DNA of 64,000 bases from an uncultured Desulfobacterales bacterium (GTDB lineage: Bacteria; Desulfobacterota; DSM-4660; Desulfatiglandales; JALVZP01), in assembly GCA_964513995.1 (NCBI GenBank), contig CAZEOQ010000003.1, positions 20,009 to 84,008 on the forward strand. The letters run 5' to 3'. The position numbers and the translations under genes were made by a program. The notes beneath the pieces are model-generated. The model was not told where the DNA came from. It worked only from the letters and a program-made list of their open reading frames with translations, and did no database searches. Position 1 is the stretch's first letter. Each line of letters begins with the position of its first letter. Shown piece after piece: positions 27,882 through 36,842 of the stretch.

Positions 27882-28209
27882 GCTATGGCTCAGATGTGCT
27901 GCTGTAGGAGATCCTGTAACTCCTGTTCTTGTAAGACCTGCTGTTTTGGGATGGGAAGGGAAGTTCAGGGACATATCACTTACCATAGAAAGACCTTTCA
28001 AGGCAGATGAGCTTTTGAGAAGGATGAAGGGATGGGTTACTGTGGATGTGGAAAAATTTATAGATATCGTAAAAAAATATGGATTTTTGAAACTACTTGA
28101 TGAAAGATATGTTGTAATAGAGACAGAGACTGAAGAAGAGTTTGAAAAGATGAAGAAAGAGCTTCAGAAAAATTTTGAAGATCAGTTTGATCTGGAGAGG
28201 ATGGTATGA
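27868..28209 (+). CDS. hypothetical protein (113 aa)
   Basis: ATG 27868 lies 6 nt after GGGAGGG (the ORF-track TTG is at 27853). It overlaps the upstream stop and makes an ATGA overlap with ugd. No recognised family. Confidence 0.5.
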   Translation: MVRAKLWLRCAAVGDPVTPVLVRPAVLGWEGKFRDISLTIERPFKADELLRRMKGWVTVDVEKFIDIVKKYGFLKLLDERYVVIETETEEEFEKMKKELQKNFEDQFDLERMV

Positions 28210-29582
28210 GCTTTAAAAAAAGGATTCTTTGTATAGGTGCAGGATATGTTGGTGGAATTACAATGGCTGTTATTGCAAAAAAGTGTCCTGAATATAAAGT
28301 TACACTTGTTGATGTTGATCATGAAAAGATAGACAGGTGGAACTCAGATGATCTTCCTATATATGAACCAGGACTTTATGAGATAGTAAAAGAAAGAAGA
28401 GGGAAGAATCTCTTTTTTGTAAAGGATATGGAAAGGGCAATAAAAGAGGCAGACATAATATTTGTAAGTGTAAATACTCCTACAAAGACATTTGGAGAAG
28501 GAGCAGGCTATGCAGCAGATCTTCAATACTGGGAAAAGACAGCAAGAAAGATAAAGGAGTATGCAGATTCAGACAAGATAATAGTAGAAAAAAGCACACT
28601 TCCTGTAAGGACAGCAGAGGCAATGGAAAGGATACTTAAGGCAGGAAACAGAAGTATTCATTTTGAAGTAATATCAAATCCTGAATTCTTAGCAGAAGGA
28701 ACAGCAATAAGGGATATGGAAGATCCTGACAGGGTCCTTATAGGATACAGGGATACAGAAGAAGGAAGAAAGGCAAAGGATGAGATAGTAGAGATTTATG
28801 CACACTGGGTTCCAAAGGAAAGGATAATAACTTCAAATATATGGAGTAGTGAGCTTGCAAAGCTTGTTTCAAATGCATTTCTTGCACAAAGGGTTTCTTC
28901 CATAAATTCTATTACTCCACTTTGTGAAAAGACAGAGGCAGACATCCAGGAGATAGCAAAGGCAGTTGGGATGGACAGCAGAATCGGAAGTAAATTCCTG
29001 AATGCAAGTGTGGGATTTGGTGGATCTTGTTTTAAAAAGGACATACTGAATCTTGTATACCTTTGCAGATACTATGGTCTTGATGAGGTTGCAGACTATT
29101 GGGAGGCGGTTGTAAGGATAAATGAGTATCAGAAGGAAAGGTTTGTAAAGATGATGATCTCTGCAATGTTTCATACACTTGTAGAAAAAAGGATATGCCT
29201 TTTTGGATTTGCATTTAAGGCAAATACAGATGATACAAGGGAAAGTCCTGCAATATATGTTGCAAAAAGGCTTCTTGAAGAAAAGGCATTTCTTAGGATA
29301 ACAGATCCAAAGGCACTTGAAAATGCAAAAAGGGATCTAAAAGGGATAGATCAGAATGTGGAATACATAGAAGATCCATACATTGCAGCAGAAGACTGTG
29401 ATGCAATAGCAGTTCTTACAGAATGGGATCTTTACAGAAGACTTGATTATGAAAGGATATACAGAAGTATGAGAAAGCCTGCATTTATATTTGATGGAAG
29501 AAACATACTTGATCACAGAAGACTTTTTGAAATAGGATTTAATGTATATCCAATAGGAAAAGTCCCTCTTACTCACTTTTAG
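28206..29582 (+). CDS. ugd: UDP-glucose 6-dehydrogenase
   Basis: NAD-binding GAGYVGG and the catalytic Cys motif GFGGSCFKKD. Confidence 0.9.
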   Translation: MSFKKRILCIGAGYVGGITMAVIAKKCPEYKVTLVDVDHEKIDRWNSDDLPIYEPGLYEIVKERRGKNLFFVKDMERAIKEADIIFVSVNTPTKTFGEGAGYAADLQYWEKTARKIKEYADSDKIIVEKSTLPVRTAEAMERILKAGNRSIHFEVISNPEFLAEGTAIRDMEDPDRVLIGYRDTEEGRKAKDEIVEIYAHWVPKERIITSNIWSSELAKLVSNAFLAQRVSSINSITPLCEKTEADIQEIAKAVGMDSRIGSKFLNASVGFGGSCFKKDILNLVYLCRYYGLDEVADYWEAVVRINEYQKERFVKMMISAMFHTLVEKRICLFGFAFKANTDDTRESPAIYVAKRLLEEKAFLRITDPKALENAKRDLKGIDQNVEYIEDPYIAAEDCDAIAVLTEWDLYRRLDYERIYRSMRKPAFIFDGRNILDHRRLFEIGFNVYPIGKVPLTHF

Positions 29583-29584
29583 CC

Positions 29585-31282
29585 ATGGAAGAAAAGGTAA
29601 TTCAGTTTAAAAGAGAAGGGCAGACTGTTGCTGAAAGAAGAAGGGAGCTTTTTTTAGAAAGACTGTTCAGTCTTCCTCCAGAAAAAGCACTTGACCTTAT
29701 ACTTTCTCAGCAAAATGCAAAAGAGCTTGTTCAGAACCTTCCTTCAGTTGACCTTTACTGGATCATAAAAAAGATAGGAGAAGATGATTCTATTCCCATT
29801 CTTGAACTTGCTTCAGAAGAGCAATGGCAATACATACTTGATATAGAAGTATGGGTAAGGGACAGGATAAACATAAGGAAGGTATCTGAATGGCTCAGGA
29901 GATTTATGAAAGCAGATGCTGAAAGACTTGCAAGATGGCTTATAACTGAAGAAATGGAAATGTTTACTTACTATTATCTCTACAGGATGCTTGACATAAT
30001 AATTGCAACAGATGACAACATATACGACATTCCTGAAGACTACTTTACACTTGACGGAACATTTTATCTGAAGCTAAGAGATCCTGATCAGAGAGATCTT
30101 ATTGAGACAATCCTAAAGCTTATAGCAAGTGAAAGCTTCCTAAGGTATCAAGCACTTCTTATGACATCAAGAGCAATTCTTCCTGCATCAACAGAGGAAG
30201 AGCTATATAGGCTTAGAAGTGTAAGGATTGCAGAATATGGTTTCCTTCCATTTGAAGAAGCAGTTGGAATATATGCCCCACTTGATCCAGAGGATCTTGT
30301 ATTAGAAAAGAAGGACAGAAGAAAGGAGATAGTTTATGTTGATGATGAGGTAAAGGACATAATCCCATCTTTTCCAATGTATAGTCTTCAGCCTGTAGGC
30401 ATATTTCAGCTTGCCTTAAGGAACATTAAAGACAATGTCCTTCTTGACAGAATAAAGCTTGAATTTGCTGGTCTTTGCAATCAACTTCTTTCTGCTGACG
30501 GACTTTCTATTGGAGGATATGAGGATCTTATAAAAGTCTGTAAAAAAGCAGCAGGTTATCTGAACATAGGTTTTGAAAAGGTATGTGGTAATGATGTAAA
30601 TATGGCTATAGAGCTTATAAAGAAGAATTCACTTCATTCTATATTCAGAGTAGGATTTGGTATTGCACTTAGGCTGAGATGGGAAGTAGAAAGATGGATA
30701 AAAGAAAGCTGGTTTAGGAGTCAGGAGATAGACTTCAGTTTCTGGGGATCAGACGGAGAAATCCTTATAGGTCTTCTTAACAAAAAACCTCTTTATTATG
30801 TAGGAATAGAAGATGGAGAAGAATACAGACCTTTCCAGAGCCTGAAGGAAATAGAGGAATGCAGAAGTATCTTTTATAAGATAAAAGTCCTTGACAGGCT
30901 TTTTTCTGATCTTACATCGTTCTATCCAATTGAAAAAGGTCTTCTTAAAGATCCTACCATAACTTATGTCCCTTTTCTTTTCACATTCTGGGCAAGAAAG
31001 ATATTGGAACTTGATCCTGGATTTTTACCAATAGATATGGATCAGGTAAGAAGGTTCTTTGAAAAACTCAGAGAAAAAGAAAGCCAACCTCCATATAGGA
31101 TGGAAGGATTTAGGGAAAGATTTATAGAAGATATAAGCTGTTACTTTTCAGGAGAAAAAGAGGAAAAAAGGATTCTAAGGGATATACTTTCTTCTCTGTG
31201 GGATGAATTTAGAGAAGAATATGAAAATGTAGCTATAAAGGACTTAGATGAAAGATATATCAGGTTCATCCTTATCAGATAA
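29585..31282 (+). CDS. hypothetical protein (565 aa), helical-repeat N-terminus
   Basis: Long ORF starting 2 nt after the ugd stop. The N-terminal region is loosely MgtE-N-like helical. No catalytic motif recognised. Confidence 0.55.
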   Translation: MEEKVIQFKREGQTVAERRRELFLERLFSLPPEKALDLILSQQNAKELVQNLPSVDLYWIIKKIGEDDSIPILELASEEQWQYILDIEVWVRDRINIRKVSEWLRRFMKADAERLARWLITEEMEMFTYYYLYRMLDIIIATDDNIYDIPEDYFTLDGTFYLKLRDPDQRDLIETILKLIASESFLRYQALLMTSRAILPASTEEELYRLRSVRIAEYGFLPFEEAVGIYAPLDPEDLVLEKKDRRKEIVYVDDEVKDIIPSFPMYSLQPVGIFQLALRNIKDNVLLDRIKLEFAGLCNQLLSADGLSIGGYEDLIKVCKKAAGYLNIGFEKVCGNDVNMAIELIKKNSLHSIFRVGFGIALRLRWEVERWIKESWFRSQEIDFSFWGSDGEILIGLLNKKPLYYVGIEDGEEYRPFQSLKEIEECRSIFYKIKVLDRLFSDLTSFYPIEKGLLKDPTITYVPFLFTFWARKILELDPGFLPIDMDQVRRFFEKLREKESQPPYRMEGFRERFIEDISCYFSGEKEEKRILRDILSSLWDEFREEYENVAIKDLDERYIRFILIR

Positions 31283-32354
31283 ATACCTCTGGCTTTCACT
31301 TTATCTTATAAAAGGCATAGGAAACTCAACATTTTTTCATCTTATAAGAAGTTTTTCTTGTGTTGAAGAGATATTCTGTTCTGATCAAAAAAGGCTTATC
31401 TCTTTGGGAATAAAAGAGGAAGTTGCAAGGAATATAGTAAAAAGGGTCTTTAAAAAAGATCCTGAAAAGGAGTTAAAAAGGATTGAAGAGGTTGGTGCAA
31501 GGATTATTACATATAATGATAAGACCTATCCTGAAATCTTAAGAAACATACACTATCCTCCTCCTGTCCTTTATGTAAAAGGAAGAGACATTCCAGAAGA
31601 TAGTTTCCTTCTGAGCATTGTCGGATCAAGAATTCCAAGTCTTTATGGAATAAGGATTGCTGAAGATTTCTCTTATAGACTTGCAAAGATAGGAATAGGG
31701 ATTGTAAGTGGAATGGCAATAGGAATAGACAGTTCTGCACACAGAGGTGCACTTAAAGCAGGGGGATATACTGTTGCTGTTCTTGGAACAGGTATAGATG
31801 TCGTTTATCCAAAAAGAAACAGTAAGCTCTTTGAACAGATATCAGAATCAGGAACACTCATAACAGAATTTACTACAGGAACACCTCCTGAACCAAAAAA
31901 CTTTCCTATAAGAAACAGGATAATAAGTGGGTTGAGCAGAGGAGTCCTTGTCGTTGAGGCAACGAGAAAAAGTGGTTCTCTTATTACGGCATCATTTGCA
32001 CTTGATCAGGGAAGAGAAGTATTTGCAGTTCCTGGAAATATAGATTCTGAAAGAAGCAGGGGAACGCACTTTCTTATAAAACAAGGTGCAAAGCTTGTTG
32101 AAGACATAGAGGATATACTTGAGGAGTTTGGGATAAGGATAGAGGAAAAAGAGTCTTTAAAACTGAGTCCTGAAGAAAAAAAGATATACGAGTGTCTGGA
32201 TTATTATCAACCATTACATGTGGATGAGATCGTAAGAAAAACAGGATTTGATACAGCTTATGTCCTGAGTCTTCTTTTAAAAATGGAACTTAAAGGAGCT
32301 GTAAAACAGATTCCAGGAAAGATGTTTATAAAAGATGCTTCCAAGAGAGCTTAA
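31248..32354 (+). CDS. dprA: DNA processing protein DprA/Smf
   Basis: Core GMAIGIDSSAHRGALKAGGYTVAVLGTGIDVVYPKRN and a C-terminal winged-helix-like tail. Confidence 0.9.
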   Translation: MKDISGSSLSDKYLWLSLYLIKGIGNSTFFHLIRSFSCVEEIFCSDQKRLISLGIKEEVARNIVKRVFKKDPEKELKRIEEVGARIITYNDKTYPEILRNIHYPPPVLYVKGRDIPEDSFLLSIVGSRIPSLYGIRIAEDFSYRLAKIGIGIVSGMAIGIDSSAHRGALKAGGYTVAVLGTGIDVVYPKRNSKLFEQISESGTLITEFTTGTPPEPKNFPIRNRIISGLSRGVLVVEATRKSGSLITASFALDQGREVFAVPGNIDSERSRGTHFLIKQGAKLVEDIEDILEEFGIRIEEKESLKLSPEEKKIYECLDYYQPLHVDEIVRKTGFDTAYVLSLLLKMELKGAVKQIPGKMFIKDASKRA

Positions 32355-34998
32355 AGAAGAAGCAGAAGAAAGGTATAAGGTCTTAAAAAAGATTGCAGGA
32401 GAAAGTATAGATAAAGAAAAGCTGAAAAAGATTATTTTATTGAGTGATTTTGTTTTTAATACAATCCTGAATTATCCTTCTAGTCTGGAAGTTATAGATG
32501 AGAAGATAAAAAAAAGGTTTGGAAAAGAGGATTACATAAGGAGGATAGGGGATTGTATAGAAGAGGAGATAGGTGAATTTAAAAAAAGGCTGAGAAGACA
32601 GAGAAATAAAGAGCTTTTAAGGATTGCATGGAAGGACATCGTGGAAGGATGTGATGTATTTGAGGTGATGAAAGAGCTTTCAGCATTTGCAGATGCCTGT
32701 ATTCTAAGGACTATGGAATATACCTATAGGATGTATTCACACAGATTTGGTTCTCCTGCAGAAAAAGCTCAGACTTTAACGGTTATTGCTTTGGGAAAAT
32801 TGGGAGGAGAAGAACTCAATTTTTCATCTGACATTGACATTATGTTTGCCTATCCTGAAGAAGGAGTAACATATAGCAAAATTACAAACAGTGAATTTTT
32901 TTCATATATGGCTCAATCAATTATCAACATATTAAGTGAACATACAGAAGATGGATTTGTCTTTAGAGTAGATACGAGACTCAGACCATTTGGAGAAAGT
33001 GGTCCAATAGTTATGAACTTTGATGAAATGGAAGATTATTACTATACATATGGAAGAGAATGGGAAAGATATGCACTTATAAAAGCAAGGGTTATAGGAG
33101 GGAATGAGGAGATTATACACAGGATCAGGAAATTTGTTTACAGGAAGTATCTTGATTATGGAGTATTTGAGGCATTAAGAGAGATGAAGGAGAAGATAGA
33201 ATCAGAAACAAAGGATATGAGTATAGATGAGGATATAAAACTTGGGCCTGGAGGAATAAGGGAGATAGAATTTTTTGTTCAAGTCTTTCAGTTGCTTAGA
33301 GGAGGAATAGATCCTGAACTTCAAACACCAAGTCTGCTGAAGGCTATTTCTGTTCTTGGAGAAAAGGGATATCTTGACAAAAAGATCTGTTCTGGATTGA
33401 TCTCTGCATATAGATTTTTCAGAAGACTTGAAAACAGGATTCAGCAATATAAGGATCTACAGACACACAGGCTTCCAAAAGAAAGGAAAGAAAGGATAAA
33501 ATTAGCTTTTTCAATGGGATTTGAAGACTGGGATAGCTTTTTTAAAACTCTGCTTTATTGGTCCTCTTTTGTAAGAAAAAACTTTTCTCAGCTTTTAGGA
33601 AAAAAAGAAAAGACAGAAGACATCTTTGTGTCAATATGGAATACAGATGAAAGAGAAAAGAGAAAAAGGCTTCTTTCTTCTATTGGAGCATCAAAAAAAG
33701 TTGAGACAATAATTGATGAACTGAAACAGACAAGATACCTTGGACAGAATGCAAAAAGGATCCTTGATAAGCTTATGCCAGTCGTCTTAAAAAAGATCTT
33801 TAAAGAAGAGGAAAATGTATCTCTGGCAATATCCAGGATTATAAAAAGCATACAGACAAGGACAAATTATCTTTCTCTTCTTCTTGAAAATCCATCTGTT
33901 ATTGATCATCTTATAAGACTTGCAAAAGAAAGCTCATGGATAATCTCATTTGTCTCAAAAAATCCTGCACTCTTAGATGAACTTATAGATCCAAGGACAC
34001 TTTATAATCCACCAAGAAGAGAAGAGCTGAAAAGGGACATAAATAACAGGCTGAAGATGATTTCTGATTTAGAGGATCAAATAATACAGCTATGTCTTTT
34101 CAGACAGACAAACACACTTAGAGTTGCTGCAGCAGACATAGAAGGCGCTATTTCTACAGTTGAGGTAAGCAGTCTCCTTACGCATATAGCAGAAGTTGTC
34201 TTGGAAAAGGCTTTGGAGATTTCTATGAATAAATTTGGAAAAAAAGATGGATTTTGTATTATAGGATATGGTAAGCTTGGAGGAAGGGAACTCGGTTATA
34301 ACTCTGATCTTGACATAGTATTTATCCATACAGAAGATCCATCCTCTTATATAAAAGTCTCACAACACATCCTCAAGCTTCTTACGACATATACAGTCAT
34401 GGGAAAGGTATATGAAATAGACACAAGACTAAGACCAGATGGAAGTTCAGGAGTCCTTTCAGTAAACATCTCTTCATTTGAAAAGTATCAGTTAGAAAGG
34501 GCATGGACATGGGAACATCAAGCACTCCTTAGAGCAAGGGGGATATGTGGGGACAAGAAGGTCATGAAGGCATTTGAGGATATAAGATATAAGGTGCTTT
34601 CAAAGAAAAGAGAAAAAGGGAAGCTTTTTGAAGAAGTATGGGACATGAAAGAAAGGATAAGAAAAAATCTGTTAAAACCAGTAAAAGGTCTTTTTCACAT
34701 AAAGTATGAAAGAGGTGGAATCATAGACATTGAATTCCTAATCCAGTATCTTGTTCTTCTTAATGCACATCTTTTTCCTGAGATCCTGAAAAGGAGATCT
34801 CACATTCATTTCATAGAAGAGCTTGTAAGGGTATCTGTTATGGATAAGGAAGATGGAATCTTTCTGAAGAATGCTTATATTGAGCTGAGGTCTATGCTAA
34901 ACAGGCTCTCACTTCAGGAAAAGCCATTTAGAGTTGAAAGAGAAAGGGTTTGTGAGATAGCTGAAAAGGTGGAAAGGCTATGGGAAAAATATTCCTGA
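32335..34998 (+). CDS. glnE: glutamine synthetase adenylyltransferase/adenylyl-removing enzyme
   Basis: Two nucleotidyltransferase modules: GKLGGEELNFSSDIDIMF and GKLGGRELGYNSDLDIVF. Confidence 0.85.
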   Translation: MLPRELKEEAEERYKVLKKIAGESIDKEKLKKIILLSDFVFNTILNYPSSLEVIDEKIKKRFGKEDYIRRIGDCIEEEIGEFKKRLRRQRNKELLRIAWKDIVEGCDVFEVMKELSAFADACILRTMEYTYRMYSHRFGSPAEKAQTLTVIALGKLGGEELNFSSDIDIMFAYPEEGVTYSKITNSEFFSYMAQSIINILSEHTEDGFVFRVDTRLRPFGESGPIVMNFDEMEDYYYTYGREWERYALIKARVIGGNEEIIHRIRKFVYRKYLDYGVFEALREMKEKIESETKDMSIDEDIKLGPGGIREIEFFVQVFQLLRGGIDPELQTPSLLKAISVLGEKGYLDKKICSGLISAYRFFRRLENRIQQYKDLQTHRLPKERKERIKLAFSMGFEDWDSFFKTLLYWSSFVRKNFSQLLGKKEKTEDIFVSIWNTDEREKRKRLLSSIGASKKVETIIDELKQTRYLGQNAKRILDKLMPVVLKKIFKEEENVSLAISRIIKSIQTRTNYLSLLLENPSVIDHLIRLAKESSWIISFVSKNPALLDELIDPRTLYNPPRREELKRDINNRLKMISDLEDQIIQLCLFRQTNTLRVAAADIEGAISTVEVSSLLTHIAEVVLEKALEISMNKFGKKDGFCIIGYGKLGGRELGYNSDLDIVFIHTEDPSSYIKVSQHILKLLTTYTVMGKVYEIDTRLRPDGSSGVLSVNISSFEKYQLERAWTWEHQALLRARGICGDKKVMKAFEDIRYKVLSKKREKGKLFEEVWDMKERIRKNLLKPVKGLFHIKYERGGIIDIEFLIQYLVLLNAHLFPEILKRRSHIHFIEELVRVSVMDKEDGIFLKNAYIELRSMLNRLSLQEKPFRVERERVCEIAEKVERLWEKYS

Positions 34999-36842
34999 TA
35001 TTTTTTTTACTGTTTTCGTATGGTTTTTGTGAAGATGAACATGTGGTTTTATTAAAAGAGTTTGAGAAGATATTTTATTTTGAAGATGGATCATCAATAC
35101 ATGAGGATGAGGTATTTCTGAAGGTATTGGACAAGAAAGGTGTCATAAGAGAACAGGTTCAGGTATTTTATCAGAACAGACACTATTCTGAACTAAAGAT
35201 AGAACACCTTGAAGTCATAAAGAAAGATGGAAGAAGGATAGATGTTGATGTAGAAAGAAACAGTAAAGAAGAGATGTTTGAGGTTGAGGAGAACATATAT
35301 GATCCAAACAGGAAAGTCTTAAAGGTATTTGTTCCTTGTCTGAGCCCAGGAGATGTGATTCACTGGAAGATAAAAGAAAGAAGGTTTAAGGAGATAATTC
35401 CTGGACAGATATATGGAATGGTAATAATTCAGAGAGATTTTCCTGTGAACTATTACAGGCTTGAGCTTATGTTTCCAAAAGAAAAAAGATTAAAGTATCT
35501 GATAAAGAATAAGGCAGGAAAGGTAAAGTTTTATCATGAGATAATAAATGGAAAAAAGAGGCTTATATGGGAATTTAAAGATGTTCCAAAACTTGTTCCA
35601 GAACCAAATATGCCCCCTTTTCACAAAGTAGCAATGAGACTACTTTTTTCAACAATCCCTTCATGGAAGGATGTATCAAGATGGTATTTTGAACTTGTAG
35701 AGCCAAAGCTTAAGCCTTCTGAAGAGATTGTAAAAAAAGTAAGACAGCTTATAAAGGGAAAAGATGATATGGAAAAGATAGCTTCTCTTTATTATTTTGT
35801 TTCCAGAAAGATAAGATACTTAGGGATAATAGCAGAATCAAAAAGACCTGGCTTTGAACCCCACGATGTAAACCTTACATTTACGAGGAAATACGGAGTA
35901 TGCAGAGATAAAGCTGCACTTCTTGTCTGTATGCTCAGGATAGCTGGTTTTCGTGCTGCACCTGTGCTTGTAAGTATTGGAGAAAGGCTTGATGAAGAAA
36001 TTGTCGTTCCTTATTTTAACCATGTAATTGTGGCTGTATTAGATGAACTTGAAAGACCTTTCATCTTTCTTGATCCTACATCTGAAACAAGCAAACAGTT
36101 TCTCCCTGATTATGACAGAAATTCATCTTATCTTATTGCACATAAAAAAGGTTCTTACTTAGGGAAGATTCCTCCTCAGACCCCAGAAGAAAACCTTTTT
36201 TTGATAAAGATAAAAGGAAGACTTAAAAAAGATGGATCTTTTTTTGGAAAAATAGAAGGAATAAGCTTTGGTTTTTCTGATACAGTAATAAGGTCAATCT
36301 TTATGAATAAGAACAGAGAAGAAGCAGAAAGGTTTTTGATAAGGTTTCTCAAAGGAAAAAGAAGGGACATGAAAATTGAGGATATAGATTTTTCTGATCC
36401 GGATAAAAGAGAGGTAAATTTTCACTTCTCCTGTTCTTTTAAGATAAAAAATGCTACTTTTTCCAAAGGAAAATGGACATTTTTTTGGCCCATAAGTTCA
36501 ACAGAATATCTTGGACTTCTTGACAGATGGATCCTTGAAAAAGCTGATATGAACAGAAGAAGGTTTCCAATAAGATTTGGGTATGTATTTGCAAGTAAAA
36601 TTGTAGAAGAAATAGAATTTGAAGAGAAACCAAAGAGGATAAAGTTTCCTGTTATGCAGAATCATCAAAATAAACTGTTTTCTCTTTGGACATCATTTGA
36701 GATACAGGATTCTGAAATAAAAATAACAAGATATCTCAGCTTAAAAAAGTTAGAAGTGCCAGCTGATGAATATTCCCTGATATTAAGACTAAAGCATGAC
36801 TTAAAATATGAAGCATTTCTTCCTATAAGACTATGCTATTGA
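34980..36842 (+). CDS. secreted transglutaminase-like protein with DUF3857-like N-terminal domain
   Basis: Signal peptide, then a core Cys in YGVCRDKAALLVCMLRIAGF, His in FNHVIVAV and Asp in FLDPT. Confidence 0.75.
   Translation: MGKIFLIFFLLFSYGFCEDEHVVLLKEFEKIFYFEDGSSIHEDEVFLKVLDKKGVIREQVQVFYQNRHYSELKIEHLEVIKKDGRRIDVDVERNSKEEMFEVEENIYDPNRKVLKVFVPCLSPGDVIHWKIKERRFKEIIPGQIYGMVIIQRDFPVNYYRLELMFPKEKRLKYLIKNKAGKVKFYHEIINGKKRLIWEFKDVPKLVPEPNMPPFHKVAMRLLFSTIPSWKDVSRWYFELVEPKLKPSEEIVKKVRQLIKGKDDMEKIASLYYFVSRKIRYLGIIAESKRPGFEPHDVNLTFTRKYGVCRDKAALLVCMLRIAGFRAAPVLVSIGERLDEEIVVPYFNHVIVAVLDELERPFIFLDPTSETSKQFLPDYDRNSSYLIAHKKGSYLGKIPPQTPEENLFLIKIKGRLKKDGSFFGKIEGISFGFSDTVIRSIFMNKNREEAERFLIRFLKGKRRDMKIEDIDFSDPDKREVNFHFSCSFKIKNATFSKGKWTFFWPISSTEYLGLLDRWILEKADMNRRRFPIRFGYVFASKIVEEIEFEEKPKRIKFPVMQNHQNKLFSLWTSFEIQDSEIKITRYLSLKKLEVPADEYSLILRLKHDLKYEAFLPIRLCY

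Noticed and set aside
28206-29582. The eukaryote-like catalytic motif GFGGSCFKKD in Ugd as a sign of horizontal transfer, and a possible Ugd/ArnT-like (48026-49645) lipid A aminoarabinose pathway.
   Set aside because: This UGDH type is also common in bacteria. Codon usage looks native. No arnA/arnB/arnC genes are present, and the two genes are 18 kb apart.
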